64,000 bases of DNA from Octopus sinensis. Taxonomy: Eukaryota. The position numbers were made by a program, and so were the translations under genes. Location of the stretch: contig NC_043026.1 of the NCBI RefSeq assembly GCF_006345805.1, positions 13,309,579 to 13,373,578 of the forward strand. The letters are read 5' to 3'. The notes below the pieces were generated by a model. It was given only the letters and a program-made list of their open reading frames with translations, did not search any database and was not told the DNA's origin. Below are positions 35,735 through 48,859 of the stretch, piece after piece; the stretch's first letter is position 1, and every line of letters begins with the position of its first letter.

Positions 35735-36600
35735 GTTCCATTGATGTATGGACCCGGACAGTGGAGAATTTTCCATGATATCGAGTATGGAATTCCTTCA
35801 GTTGCCAGATACAGCTGGCAAGATGGACGGATAGCGTGTGTGTAGGTGTGTGCATGCACGCGCACACAGACAATTTTTTTTTTTAGAAAAGCATAAATCC
35901 GGAGAAGAAGCACCACTCTAAGAGCAGTCGATATTAATTACTGGTTGAGGCCAGTTTATAGGGTTACCGTGGGTTTCTTGCCATAAATGGTACTTTTATG
36001 GTGTATCTTCAGACTCTAAGACCTGTTGGCCTATGGCCTCTTAAAAATATGGAGGGGGAAACGATACAGCTATAAACAGTGGGGACTATCTCCTTTTGGT
36101 GCTGGTCATCGGCTTCTGGCTGTGTTATCCTCCTTTAGTCACACCACCCGTCAGCTATGAGGGTAAAAGTTAGAGGGTTATCCCCTACTCTCACTAATAC
36201 TGCTGTTATGTGGTTCCCAAAACGCTAACAGGAATCTCCTGAAATACAAGCAAAGCCCGAAAATCTCCATTCTGGAGTTCAGTACGGTCCCTTGTACGTG
36301 CATTCGGTTATGCATAGCTTGCAGCGTTTTGTTCCATTTATGTATGGACCCGGATGGTGGAGGATTTTCCTTGATATCGAGTATGGAATTCCTTCAGTTG
36401 CCAGATACAGCTGGCCAGTCATGCTACATATCTCCTTTCTGGGACTCTAAAGGAGGATCTATGGTTGGAAAGACGTTTCTTAAAGGAAGTTCTCACACAT
36501 CAAATGTATTTCCTTTGATGCATGGAGCCGGTGTTGTACCTACTGCTGCTTTCTTCTTCTTCTTCCAATCAGGACTCATGATATTAGCCACAAAGAATAA
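35735..36600 (-). mobile_element. Penelope-like element 3' remnant: GIY-YIG endonuclease C-terminus (36215-36511, partial duplicate 35735-35822) and 3' repeat
   Basis: Minus-strand translation with stops and frameshifts: KYI*C..SFKKRLSNHRSSF..., LASCIWQLKE, KILHHPGPYINGTKRCKLCITE, LNSRMEIFG...FLL. Confidence 0.8.
35959..36018 (-). ncRNA. Type I hammerhead ribozyme motif in the Penelope 3' region
   Basis: TAGAGT-CTGAAGA-t..CCATAAA-agtacca-TTTATGG..-GAAACC-cac-GGTA-ACCCTA: intact core, 3-bp helix III, helix I 5/6 paired, imperfect base of helix II. Confidence 0.65.
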
Positions 36601-36629
36601 TCTCTAATTCGAGCCTACTCTAAGCTACT

Positions 36630-36920
36630 AAGGATGCGTGGCTTAGTGGTTAGGGCATTCGAGTGACGATTGTAAGGTCGTGAGTTCGATTCCCGGCGAT
36701 GCGTTATGTCCTTGAGCAAAACACTTTATTTCACGTTGCTCCAGTCCACTCAGCTGGCAAAAATGAGTAGTACCTGTATTTCAAAGGGCCGGCCTTGTCA
36801 CACTGAATCTTCCTGAGAACTACGTTAGGGGTACACGTGTCTGTGGATTGCTCAGTCACTTGCACGTTAATTCCACGAGCAGGCTGTTCTGTTGATCGTG
36901 TCAGCTGGGACCCCTCATCG
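36630..36920 (+). mobile_element. tRNA-derived CORE-type SINE
   Basis: gtggcttagtggttaggg A box, gagttcgattcc B box, gtccttgagcaa...ccagtccactcagctg core. Confidence 0.75.
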
Positions 36921-37164
36921 TCGTAACCGACGGAGTGCTCCTACCTAGTACAAGGATGCGTGCGGCAACTTGAAGATCCACCCACCACACGTGATAGACT
37001 GGCGGTTGCATGGGCATGAAAGCTACGTTGTTATCCTCATTCGTAAATGGTGGCTTTTAACGGGGGAAGAGCTGAACCATCCTGGGGTACAGAGGATTCG
37101 CAATCTAGAACAGGGTCTGAAAGTTTACCACACCATGGTTCCTCTGCATCTCATCTCGACTAAC

Positions 37165-37680
37165 TCACGTTCTAATTAGTTGGGCTATGACCCTCTTTGT
37201 AACTTTCATCACCTGATCCAACAATTTGATACCTCTGTAATTATTTCTGTTTAAGGCATCACCTTTACCTTTGTACCAGTTGACTGTGGTGCTGCTACAT
37301 CAGTCACTGGGTATGACTCCCTCATGTACAACCTGGTTAACTATATGGGTGATTAGGCCACAACCTGCACAACCAGATATCTTAAGCATCTCAGTAGTGA
37401 TTCCTGAGGGGGCCAGGGGCTTTCATGGTCCTCATGGCTTTATCTTTCATACTACTGTTTATTCAGATTGTTGGTCCCTCAGTTAGATCCACGGTAGGCA
37501 AACTCTCCTACTCCCATGTGCTCTCTACATTTAGTAGCCTTTCATAGTGGCATTTCCAAGCCTCCTTCTGTGCAGCCACTAACTGCAAGAGAACCATCAT
37601 CCATGCAAACACACTTCTCTCCAACAATGTCATAATTTTCCCAGGCACACTGTCTTGCAAGTGAAAACACTGGTCCTCAT
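37165..37680 (-). mobile_element. RTE-clade LINE fragment (pre-RT/RT N-terminus)
   Basis: EAWKCHYERLLNVE, KAPGPSGITTEMLK, YKGKGDALNRNNYRGIKLLDQVMK with stop codons. Confidence 0.85.
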
Positions 37681-37682
37681 GC

Positions 37683-38025
37683 TCTACTCTTTTACTTGTT
37701 TCAGTCATTTGACTGCGGCCATGCTGGAGCACCACCTTTAGTCAAGCAAATCGACTCCGGGACTTATTCTTTGTAAGCCCGGTACTTATTCTATTGGTCT
37801 CTTTTGCCGAACCGCTAAGTGACGGGGACATAAACACACCAGCATCGGTTGTCAAGCAATGCTAGGGGGACAAACACACGACGGGCTTCTTTCAGTTTCC
37901 ATCTGATAAATCTACTCACAAAGCTTTGGTCAGCCCGAGGCTATAGTAGAAGACACTTGCCCAGGTGCCACGCAGTGGGACTGAACCCGGAACCATGTGG
38001 TTGGTAAACAAGCTACTTACCACAC
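37683..38025 (-). mobile_element. SINE family A
   Basis: Reverse complement of the family A consensus. Confidence 0.8.
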
Positions 38026-38404
38026 TGGTTAATTATTGTTACCACTATTGGTGTTGGGTGCCATATATCGGTATTAATACAATCTTAATATAAATACAGG
38101 TAAATAAATTAGGTACATAAATAGGATAGGGGTAGTTAATTCATTACATGTAGTGACTAATTAATTAACTAAGCAATAAAACTAAGTACAGCATGGTCAT
38201 GTTTAATTTTGTGTTGCAACAAAATAGGTTAAACATTTCAATATAAATTTTACATTGGGAAAATGCTTCCAGTATTGAATTAATATACAAAAAAACAAAC
38301 AATTTCAACACTCCAGAAAATACCATATAACAAATATTGCAGACATTTAACTTTAATTTCCATTTTATAAAAGATTTATAAAATTAAATATTAATTTATA
38401 TTAA

Positions 38405-38720
38405 CAAGTTATTTGGTCATAAATTATGCAAATTTAATTTATATAATTTATATTAACCACAAGCTATTTGGTCATAAATTATGCAAATTTAATTTACATA
38501 ATTTATATTAACCACAAGCTATTTGGTCATAAATTATGCAAATTTAATTTACATAATTTATATTAACCACAAGTTATTTGGTCATAAATTATGCAAATTT
38601 AATTTACATAATTTATATTAACCACAAGCTATTTGGTCATAAATTATGCAAATTTAATTTACATAATTTATATTAACCACAGGTTATTTGGTCATAAATT
38701 ATGCAAATTTAATTTACATA
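38405..38720. repeat. 55-bp minisatellite, ~6 copies
   Basis: atttggtcataaattatgcaaatttaattt starts at 38411, 38466, 38521, 38576, 38631 and 38686. Confidence 0.95.
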
Positions 38721-39663
38721 ACGAGGAGTTATTTTGCCATAAATTCAAGTGATAAGATTTTTACATGAATTTCATATTAAAAAAATTTTTTTAAAGAATA
38801 TTTTCAACAAATCATCTCAAATGATATACTAATTTCCACAAATTTTTCTAGTCATAATTAACAAGAATATGTCTCTGTAATTAACTTTAATTACAAACAA
38901 ACCTATTTTCAAGAGATACTTATAGATTACAAGATGTATCTTGATCGTCATTGTTTGATGCCCATTTTTCCATGCTGGCATGGGTCAAATGGTTTGACAG
39001 GAACTAGTAAGGTCATAGGCCACACAAGGTTCCATTGTCTAATTTTGGATTGATTTCTACAGCTGGATGCCCTTCCTAATGCCAACCACTTCGCAAAGTG
39101 TACTGCAGACCTTTTCAATGGAACCAACACCAGTGCTTTTTATATAGCACCAGTACATGTTGTGTGGCACCAGTGCCTCTTACATGGCACCAGTGCCTCT
39201 TACATGGCACCAGTGCTTAATCATTTTTATCTTTTCTCTCCAGTTCAAATTCAGCTGCAGATTATGTGAAGTGGTTGATGTACTGGGCACTTTTTATGTG
39301 GCACCAGCACTAGTGCTTTTTACATGGCACCTACACTGGTGGTCCTTATGTGACCCCTGCACCAGTGCTTTTAATCTGGCACCCACATCAGTGCTTTTTA
39401 TGCAGCACTGCACCAGCGATTTTTACATAGCACCATTAGCTGTAGTTTTTACATGGCACCATCACCAGTGCATTTTATGTGGCACCAGTGTTTAATATTG
39501 TCTTCTTTTCCCTCCAACTTGTATTCAGCTACAGATTACAAATGTCAAATGGTTGGTGTTAGGAAGGGCATCCAACTGTATAACCCACATCAAACACAGG
39601 AGCACAATGCAGTCCTCAAACATGTCAGATCCTGCAAAACCATTTAACTCATGCCAGATTTAA

Positions 39664-39882
39664 CCCTTTCATTACCAATCCGGCTGAAACCGGCATGGCT
39701 CTGAGTACAAGTGTCTTGTTTTCATAAGTTTTGAATTAAAATCTTCCACCAAACCTTAGTCACAATTTATGTTCCTAACACTAGCTTAATGATAACTAAA
39801 TTATTTTACTAAATTCTTTGTTATATTTAAAGTAATTGAAAGAAACACAGAGCATCTCAAAATAAATACAGTAACGAAAGGG
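39664..39882 (+). mobile_element. piggyBac-type MITE
   Basis: TTAA|CCCTTT...AAAGGG|TTAA; same family as 3486-4715. Confidence 0.85.
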
Positions 39883-40534
39883 TTAAATATTGAATGGTTA
39901 TGTGGGTCCACCACAATAAAATAGCAATCAAAGTGGTTCATAGATAAGAAATAGTTGAGAACCCCTGCTTTAGATGTATGTATTGGTATGTATTGCAAGA
40001 AACAGCTGGGTTTCTTTCACTAATGTAATATGTAGTTCAACCTACAGAAGTTAATGTCATCATTATCGTTTAACGTCCGCTTTCCATGCTAGCATGGATT
40101 GGACGATTTTGACTGAGGACTGGCGAACCAGATGGCTGCACTAGGCTCCAATCTTGATCTGGCAGAGTTTCTACAGCTGGATGCCCTTCCTAACGCCGAC
40201 CACTCCGAGAGTGTAGTGGGTGTTAAAAACAAAATAGGAATTTTGAAAGGGGCTTCTATAAGACTAGTTTTTAAACATCAAATGGTTATTGGGATCCACC
40301 ATAATATAAAAAGCAATCAAAAGGGTTCATAGATAGGAAATGGTTAAGAACCCCTGCTTTAGATGTATGTATTGGTATGTATTGCAAGAAACAGCTAGGT
40401 TTCTTTCACTAACGTAATATGTAGTTCAACCTACAGAAGTTAATGTGTTAAAAAGAAAATAGGAATTTTGAAAGGAGTTTCTATAAAACTAGTTTTTAAG
40501 ACACATTGACACTAAATGAAGATCATCATCATCA

Positions 40535-41830
40535 TTATGATTTACTGTGGAGCGATTTTCCTCTGGTGTGTATTTTTCTGTGTCTAGCAAAATGACCACT
40601 ACTTCGGAAGGATTTCCCACAGATGTCACAGCTGTAAGGTTTCTCACCCGTATGAATCCGTTCATGCCTGGTTAAATCGCCTTTCGTTACAAAACACTTC
40701 CCGCACACTTCACAACGATACGGTCTCTCCCCCGTGTGTACCCTTACGTGACTGGCCAGATTAGTATTATTACTGAACGATTTACCACAAATTTCACAGT
40801 GATAGGGCTTTTCCCCCGTATGGGTCCTTTTATGATTAACAAGCCTGGATTTAAATAAGAACGATTTTCCACATAGCTCACAATGCACAGGTTTCTCTGC
40901 ATTGTGGATCTTTTTGTGTCTTGTTAAATCACCTTTATCCACAAAAGATTTTCCGCATATTTCACAGTGGAAATTTCGTTCTCCGATGTGTCTTGCTTTA
41001 TGGCGTAAAAGACTAGAACTTAAAGCGAACCATTTACCACAGATTTCACAATGATGTGTCTTTTCCTTTGTCGAATCACCTTTGTTATGGTGTGTTGTTT
41101 CATGATGTACAAGCCTGGATTTGAGAGAGAAAGATTTACCACAGATTTCGCAGTGGTATGGCGTTTCTCCAGTGTGAGTCCGTATGTGACCAACCAGGCT
41201 CGATTTCTGACTGAAACTTTTTTCACATACTTCACACTGAAATGGCTTTTCCCCCGTGTGAATTCTCCTGTGACTTTTTAAATAACTACTAAGAGCGAAT
41301 GATCTCCCGCATATTTCACAGTGGAATGGTTTACTTCCAGAGTGAATACGTTTATGAATAACAAGATGGTAATTGTAAGAGAACGATTTACCGCAAATTT
41401 CACACGGAAACGGTTTTTCCCCCGTGTGTACTCGCTTATGTTGTGTTAAATTACTGTTTTTTATAAAAGATTTCCCGCAAATTTCACAGCGGTAAGGTTT
41501 CTTTCCCGTGTGGATACGTTTATGAAGAGCAAGATGAGATGTCCGAGAGAACGATATTCCGCATAATTCACAAAGATACGGTTTTTCCCCAGTGTGCACT
41601 TTCTCGTGTTCTTTTAAATAACGGGCTTTGCCAAACGATTTCCCGCAGATTTCACAGCAAACATTTTTGTCCAATGATTTTTCTTCACCGTGCATTTCAA
41701 AACCGAAAATTCTCTCATTACTATCACAAGTCTCTGTTACTGTATGCAAATTAATAAAAACAGTGGAGTTGGGAATGGCCAAGGGTTTAACGTCCTCCAT
41801 ATTCATTCCAAGGGTACTGTTCAAATTCAT
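40535..41830 (-). CDS. C2H2 zinc-finger protein, 13 fingers; likely start MNMEDVK at 41806
   Basis: Thirteen C2H2 units; extended linker [11 protein letters not shown] between fingers 7 and 8. Confidence 0.92.
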   Translation of the reverse strand: MNLNSTLGMNMEDVKPLAIPNSTVFINLHTVTETCDSNERIFGFEMHGEEKSLDKNVCCEICGKSFGKARYLKEHEKVHTGEKPYLCELCGISFSRTSHLALHKRIHTGKKPYRCEICGKSFIKNSNLTQHKRVHTGEKPFPCEICGKSFSYNYHLVIHKRIHSGSKPFHCEICGRSFALSSYLKSHRRIHTGEKPFQCEVCEKSFSQKSSLVGHIRTHTGETPYHCEICGKSFSLKSRLVHHETTHHNKGDSTKEKTHHCEICGKWFALSSSLLRHKARHIGERNFHCEICGKSFVDKGDLTRHKKIHNAEKPVHCELCGKSFLFKSRLVNHKRTHTGEKPYHCEICGKSFSNNTNLASHVRVHTGERPYRCEVCGKCFVTKGDLTRHERIHTGEKPYSCDICGKSFRSSGHFARHRKIHTRGKSLHSKS

Positions 41831-41949
41831 TACAGTTCCATTATTTTCTCAGATATTGTCAGTCTTTTTCAACAAGTGGGTAAAATAAGTAATTTGTATA
41901 CTGTTTTTACTTACCCCTAGTATACTCACTGTCGACATGTGTCCATGTA

Positions 41950-42007
<58 letters not shown>

Positions 42008-42010
<3 letters not shown>

Positions 42011-42310
42011 CGAAACACGCACTGAGTCGAACCAGGGGCAGCCGATGAAGGGGAATATTCCTTGTATTGTTTGTCCTGTACTCTGTTTTTCCGTTGTCAA
42101 AAAATGTCCGTTTCCTTGTTTGATTTTATGTTTCGTTTCTCGTTGTGTTCTACGTTTATTTGTGGTGTCCTGTACTCATATATGCATGTATATATACATA
42201 TAGATGTAGGTATGTACATATATGTATGTATGTATGCATGTTTTATTTATTAAGTTGTTATTATATGACTGAACGCCACGCGTTGTTTTCTTCTTCTCCA
42301 AGTAAGTTTG
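42008..42310. mobile_element. Interspersed repeat, possibly Penelope-derived; inverted relative of 59095-59370
   Basis: Shared gaaggggaatattccttgtattgtttgtc...gtttatttgtggtgtcctgtactcat sequence. Confidence 0.45.
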
Positions 42311-43208
42311 CATATATTTATATCTCGCTCAGAGATTTATTATTGTATATATATATTATTGTAGACAAAATACCTTTTTTTTTTAAATCTACGTTATCAT
42401 AACCTTGTTAGGTTTTCGTATATGCTTTAGAGTCTAAAAAATATAGCGATCCCGTGTGGTAATATGAAATCACAATTGTTCACCATTACAGTGGCATTTG
42501 AAATGACTGAGGCTTCAGATTTGCTCGTCATCTACAAAGGGAAGAATTATCAAAGGTATTCACCCATTCTTTGGCCATTGAAGTCCATATTCTCGTAAAC
42601 AATTCAAGATGCAGCGAAAGTTGGCAACAGAATTAAATATCTAAGCATCACTAGACGAAGCCTACTAGTTTGAAACACCTGAGGTGGTTCGATGTTATCG
42701 GAAAATACTAATGTTTACCTTACAACGAGATAATTACATTCGCTCAAGTAATTATAAATAGACTAAGTGCGCGGTGTAGTGGACAATTTTTACCCTCGCA
42801 TAAATCATACCGGTGACATAAGTTAAAAGTCCCTAACGTAATATAATACATACAGAAACATTTTTAATATTTTATAGATAAGCTTTCAGCGTACATTAAC
42901 TATAGAAAATAATGGGCGATCCTTCGGTATAGTACCGTAAGTCGCTTTGTTTACATTTCTGAAGATAACAGAAACCCTTTTCTCCCACCCCATATATAAA
43001 TAAAAACACTTTCTTGAAATGTATCCTGAACTTCCAGCGGTCCTCTTGCATTCTGGTGGGTATCTGAGCGTTTGAGCGACATTAGACTGCAACAAACGCG
43101 CATAAATAAATTTGCTTTGACCGGCAGATTTTTTAAATAATTTCTTATTTTAAAAATCTGCCGGAAAGATCCAAATTGAAATTTTGGAAATACTGACCGA
43201 CCTACCCA

Positions 43209-43216
43209 CTCATCTG

Positions 43217-43292
<76 letters not shown>

Positions 43293-43453
43293 ACTGCCTA
43301 TCAATCTATATAACTGTCTATCTATCTGTCTGTCTATCTATCTATTTATCTAACTGTCCATCTATCTATCTATCTATCTATCTATTATTCTTTCTATCTA
43401 TCTAACTGTCCATCTATCTATCTGTCTAACCGTATGTTTATCTGTCTACCAGC

Positions 43454-43485
<32 letters not shown>

Positions 43486-46400
43486 ACATACACACACATA
43501 CGGCCTATTGACGTCCCATGTTTGAATAGTTTAGGTAGAGAAGCCTCCCTCATGAAACGAAATCGAAAGGGCTCCATTGTTTTAAATATTTAGTAATAGA
43601 CTATTTTACAATCTCAAAGTGATTGCACTAGAAGCTCTGAGGGTACCGTTCACCCCACCGTCTGGAAGTAACGACAAAACTAAAGATTCAAACAGCAAAA
43701 TCAAAAGAGGACCTTAAATAAAATATAAAACTAACAGTTGGTCATTGGTAAGGGCGTTAACTCCATGTTGGCATCATTTTGTATTGAAAACTGAAATATT
43801 TCAGATTTGTTAACGACAGCAGAGAGGCTCTCACATACATATTTTCTTGGATAATGTTTTCAGAATTAACAGTTGGTTGGAGGCGGCTGCAAGAGGAAAC
43901 TGATATTATTAAATATCAAATGTATTAAAGTTTGTTAGTGACTTTTCACTTAAGTTTACTTGGATGATATTTTTCGAGGGTCAAAATTATCCATTACACC
44001 GCATGCGATGTCAAAGGTAAACTAATTCTGATTCCTTCCAACCAACTTTAAATGTTCCAGACTCGGATCTTCCATCACCTCAAGGACTAAATATTTCCTT
44101 TTATTACCCACCTTCGCTGCGTCATGAATTCTTAACGAGAATATGGACTTCAATGGCTAAATACTGGTTGAATAACTTTGATATTATTTCTTCCCTTTGT
44201 AGTTTGACTTGCAAATCTAAAACCAAGATCGTCCCTTATTTCATAACGTAGACTTTAAAAAAAAGGGGGACCTTTATCAACAATAATATATGTGCTACAT
44301 TGACATAGTCAACAAGGGGTACACTGTGGGCAAGTGAAAAGAGACTCAAAATATCGCAGAGAAGGACATATAGAATGGATATGGAGGACGTTAAACTCTT
44401 GGTTATTCCCAACTCGACTGTTTTGACCAGTTTGGATTCAGTAGCAGAGACTTCTAATAGTGATGAGAAAACTTTAGGTGTGCAAGTATTTACTACTGAA
44501 GAAAAATCATTGGACAAAACTGTTCGATGTGAAATCTGCGGGAAATCATTCGGCAAAGTCCGTTATTTAAAAGAACATAAGAAAATACACTCTGGAAAGA
44601 AACCTTGCCGCGATGAAATATCTGCTAAATCACTCTCTCGAACATCTCTTGCTCTTCGTAAACCTATTCACACGGGAAATAAGTCTTACCACTGTGAAAT
44701 ATGCGGGAAATCATTCGTGAAAAACAGTAATTTAACACAACATAAGCGAGTACACACGGGAGAAAAACCGTTTACCTGTGAAATATGTGGGGAAGCTTTC
44801 TCTCATAATTATCGTCTGGCTATCCATAAGCATAGTCACACAGGGAGTAAACCTTTTCAGTGTGAAATATGTGGAAAATCTTTTGCCCTTAATAGTTATT
44901 TGAAAAGTCACAAACGAATTCATACGGGGGAGAAGCCATTTCAGTGTGAAATATGTGAGAAATATTTTGGTCAGAAATCTAGTCTGGTCACTCACATACG
45001 TATTCACACTGGGGAAAGACCCTACCATTGCGACGTTTGTGGCAAATCGTTCTCTTTCAATTCCAGTCTTTTACGTCATAAAGCAATGCACTCTGGAGAA
45101 AGGCCGTTTCATTGTGAAATGTGCGGAAAATCCTTTGTGGATAACGGTGATTTAACGAGACACAAAAAGATCCACAATGAGGAGAAACCCGAGCAGTGCG
45201 AAATCTGTGGAAAATCTTTCCCAATTAAATCCAGGCTTGTTAACCATAAACGGACACATACTGGGGAAAAGCCATATCACTGTGAAATTTGTGGGAAATT
45301 TTTCGTCCAGATTTCACATCTTGTCAATCACGTAAGACTACATACAGGCGAAAGACCGTATAATTGTGAAATATGCGAGAAGTCTTTTGTGACTAAAGGG
45401 GCTTTGATAAGGCACAGAAGGGTCCACACGGGGGAGAAGCCCTACAACTGTGATATTTGTGGGAAATCATTCACTAATAATTCTAATCTTGTTGATCACC
45501 TCAGAATACATACTGGGGAAAAGCCCTATCATTGTGATATATGTATGAAGTCCTTCAGGAGTAGTGGTCATTTTGCCAAACACAAAAAAATACACGCTGG
45601 AACAAAAATCGCTTCGCAGTGAATCATGATGATGATGATGATGTTCATTTAGTGTACTCTTACTCTTTTACTTGTTTCAGTCATTTGACTGCGGCCATGC
45701 TGGAGCACTGCCTTTAATCCGGCAACTCGACCCCGGGACTTATTTTTTTGTAAGCCCAGTACTTATTCTATCGGTCTCTTTTGCCGAACCGCTAAGTGAT
45801 GGGGACATAAACACACCAGCATCGGTTGTCAAGCGATGTTGGATGGGACAAACATACACACACGCACACATATATATATACACATATACGTCGGGCTTCT
45901 TTCAGTTTCCGTCTACGAAATCCACTCTTCAATCTGGCATGGGTAGGCTGGTTTGACAAGATCCAACATGTTTAAGGACTGCGTTGTGCTCCTGTGTCTG
46001 ATATGGGTTATACAGTTGGAAGCCCTTCCTAACTCCAACCACTTGACATTTGTAATCTGTAGCTGAATACAAGCTGGAGAGAAAAGAAGACAATATTAAA
46101 CACTAGTGCCACATAAAGTGCACTGGTGATGGTGCTATGTAATAGTCACCGGTGCAGTGCCGCATAAAAAGCACTGGTGTGGGTTCCAGATTAAAAGCAC
46201 TCGTGAAGTTGTCGCATAAGGACTACCAGTGTAGGTGCCATGTAAAAAGCACTAGTGCAGGTGCCACGTAAAAGGCACTGGTGATGGTACCACATAAAAA
46301 GTGCCCAATACACTCTGCAAAGTGGTTGGCATTAAGAAAGGCATCCAGCTGTAGAAAACAGACTATGAAACCTATTGTGACCCCCTGGCCTTGCCAGCTC

Positions 46401-46840
46401 TTGTCAAGCCGTCTAACCCATGGAAGAATGGACATCAAACAATGATTGTCTTGTAATCTTGTAATCTTTAAATATCTCTCAAAGACAGGTATGTTTGTAA
46501 TTAATATTAATTACAGAGACAAATGTCTCATTAATTATGACTGGGAAAATTTGTGGAAATTATTATATATCATTGAGATGATTTGTTGAAAATATTCATA
46601 AAAAATAAAATTTTTAAATGTTAAACTTTTCTAAAATCTTATTTGAATTTATGATGAAATCACTCTTAGTTATGTTAATTACATTTACATAATTTGTGAC
46701 CAAATAACATGTGGTTAATGTAAATTAACATTTCTAAATCCCTTATAAAATGTCTGTAATATATGTTATGTGGTATTTTCTGGACTGTTGGAATTGTTTT
46801 TTTAACCCTTTAACATTCAGTTTATTTTGTCAAATGTAAT
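43209..46840 (+). repeat. Left arm of an inverted segmental duplication
   Basis: (TCTA)n tract, unique 43500-44330 block, ZNF gene and 3' flank match the reverse complement of 52541-56900. Confidence 0.9.
44375..45622 (+). CDS. C2H2 zinc-finger protein, 12 intact fingers plus 1 degenerate, MDMEDVKLL leader, 415 aa
   Basis: C2H2 array; finger 2 has lost ligands ([22 protein letters not shown]). Confidence 0.92.
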   Translation: MDMEDVKLLVIPNSTVLTSLDSVAETSNSDEKTLGVQVFTTEEKSLDKTVRCEICGKSFGKVRYLKEHKKIHSGKKPCRDEISAKSLSRTSLALRKPIHTGNKSYHCEICGKSFVKNSNLTQHKRVHTGEKPFTCEICGEAFSHNYRLAIHKHSHTGSKPFQCEICGKSFALNSYLKSHKRIHTGEKPFQCEICEKYFGQKSSLVTHIRIHTGERPYHCDVCGKSFSFNSSLLRHKAMHSGERPFHCEMCGKSFVDNGDLTRHKKIHNEEKPEQCEICGKSFPIKSRLVNHKRTHTGEKPYHCEICGKFFVQISHLVNHVRLHTGERPYNCEICEKSFVTKGALIRHRRVHTGEKPYNCDICGKSFTNNSNLVDHLRIHTGEKPYHCDICMKSFRSSGHFAKHKKIHAGTKIASQ

Positions 46841-47020
46841 GCTTATTTATTCGCATTGTTTTGAATTAATCATACATTATCTTGTTGCTTCAAAATTCTG
46901 ATGATTGCTTATTTTTAGAATGGCATTGTAGGGGAAGGGTGAGAGGCCAGATCTAGACAGTTTGAACATAAAATATGTAGAATATTTGGGTCGGATATTG
47001 CCGGTTTAAATACTAAAGAG
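46806..47020 (+). mobile_element. Second piggyBac-type MITE family
   Basis: TTAA|CCCTTTAAC...TAAAGAG|TTAA. Confidence 0.65.
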
Positions 47021-47907
47021 TTAAAATTAATTCAACACTGAAAATATCTGAAGACTATTGAAAAGGTTGCAAGATGCAACGAAAATTTTAGGAAAATAAA
47101 AATAAGATATAAGTGGAAATTTTACCAGTGAGTGTGTTAAATAATAAGGTACTAAAAGAAAATTACTCTCCCCAGACACAACAGAATACACGAACTCATA
47201 TAAAGAATCTTGCAAACCAAATCCCAAAACGAAATAAATGTAAAATTTATAATGAAATGTTTAGCAAAATTCTTTTAGCTGTATGATCTATAAGTTTTGT
47301 GTTTCCAGTCCAATCCTGTTGCATGGCTTCTTACACAAGTGTCATCTCCTGAAGCCCTGGTTAACAGTAATTTCGTAGATGAATACCTTTTCCTTCTTTG
47401 GTCACTAAACTCTGCTTGCGAAGACCTGTTGAGGCAAGTGAAATCAAAATCAATTCAGTGACTGGCATCTGTGCTAGCGGGGCGCAAAGAGCACCATATG
47501 AGTGTGATCGTTGACAGAGCGGCTATTTGAGTATGATCGTTACCAGCGTCGCCTCACTGGCACTTATACCTGTGCTAGTAGGGTGCCAAGAGCACCATCC
47601 GAGCGTGATCGTTGCCAGAGCAGCCAACTGGCTTCCATACAAGGGCACCATTCGAGCGTGACCATTACCAACGTTGGTTCACTGGCACATGTAAAAAGAT
47701 TTGAGCGAGGTCATTGCCAGTACTGCCTGACTGGCCCCCGTGCTGGTGGCACGTAAAAAGCACCCACTACACTCTCGGAGTGGTTGGCGTTAGGAAGGGC
47801 ATCCAGATCAAGATTGAAGCCTGGTGCAACCATCTGGTTCGCCAGCCCTCAGTCAAAATCGTCCAACCCATGCTAGCATGGAAAGTGGACATTAAACGAT
47901 GATGATA

Positions 47908-48700
47908 ATGAGGTGGTATCAAAAAGTTCCCAGAATAGTTATACTCTTACTTGTTTCAGTCATTTCACTGTGGCCATGCTGGAGCACCACCTTTAGTCGA
48001 GCAAATCGACCCTGGGACTTATTCTTTGTAAGCCCAGTACTTATTCTATCGGTCTCTTTTTGCCAAACCGCTAAGTGACGGGGACGTAAACACACCAGCA
48101 TCGGTTGTCAAGCAATGCTAGGGGGACAAACACAGACACACAAACACACACATACATATATATATATATAAATATACATATATACGACGGGCTTCTTTTC
48201 AGTTTCCGTCTACCAAATCCACTCACAAGGCATTGGTCGGCTCGGGGCTATAGCAGAAGACACTTGCCCAAGATGCCACGCAGTGGGACTGAACCCGGAA
48301 ACATGTGGTTGGTAAACAAGCTACTTACCACACAGGCCACTTAAGAAAAAATAAATTATTTACCTAAGTTTTAACATCATCTTTGAAATAGTTCCCATCC
48401 ACAACAATTCACGAGTCCCATCTTTCCTACCACTTTTGGAATCTGGCCTGGAAGTCGTTTTCTGTAAGGACGTTGAAGAACATTTGTGATTCACTCTTGA
48501 TCTTCACAACGGTGTTAAAATGGTGACCTCTGAGCTGCATTTTCTTCTTGGGGAAGAGATGGAAGTCTGCAGGTGCTAAATCTGGTGAATTGGCCAGGTG
48601 TAGAAGTGGTACTATGTTGCTTTTGGCAAGGAACTCATGTGTGAGGAGAGCTTGGTGACAGACTGCATTGTCGTCATGAAGAATCCGGAATTTAGGATTG
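47908..48700 (-). mobile_element. Mariner transposase C-terminal remnant with 3' TIR, interrupted by SINE A (47942-48340)
   Basis: LHDDNAVCH, NSPDLAPADFHLFPK, FQKW*ERW; TIR-like gaggtggtatcaaaaagttcc. Confidence 0.85.
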
Positions 48701-48845
48701 ACTGCACAGACCCAACAGGAGTGATACCGGAATGGATATGGCCAGTCTGTAGGAAGCAGCCCAGGATAGAACTGACTGGAGGACACTGATCCAACGAGTG
48801 ACCGAGAGTCGACTTCGACTGAGCGGATAGAGAGAGATGACAGAC
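48700..48845 (+). mobile_element. RTE/BovB-like LINE 3' tail fragment
   Basis: EAAQDRTDWRTLIQRVTESRLRLSG* resembles the RTE C-terminus. Confidence 0.45.
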
Positions 48846-48859
48846 CAACAACATCAGCA

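Noticed and set aside
36630-36710. tRNA gene
   Set aside because: A and B boxes are present, but there is no closing acceptor stem and it runs into a SINE core.
38405-38720. Regularly spaced repeats resembling a CRISPR array
   Set aside because: Contiguous tandem units with no unique spacers, no cas genes, eukaryotic context.
42035-42065. ccgatgaaggggaatattcc half-hammerhead
   Set aside because: No downstream GAAA; only half of a motif.
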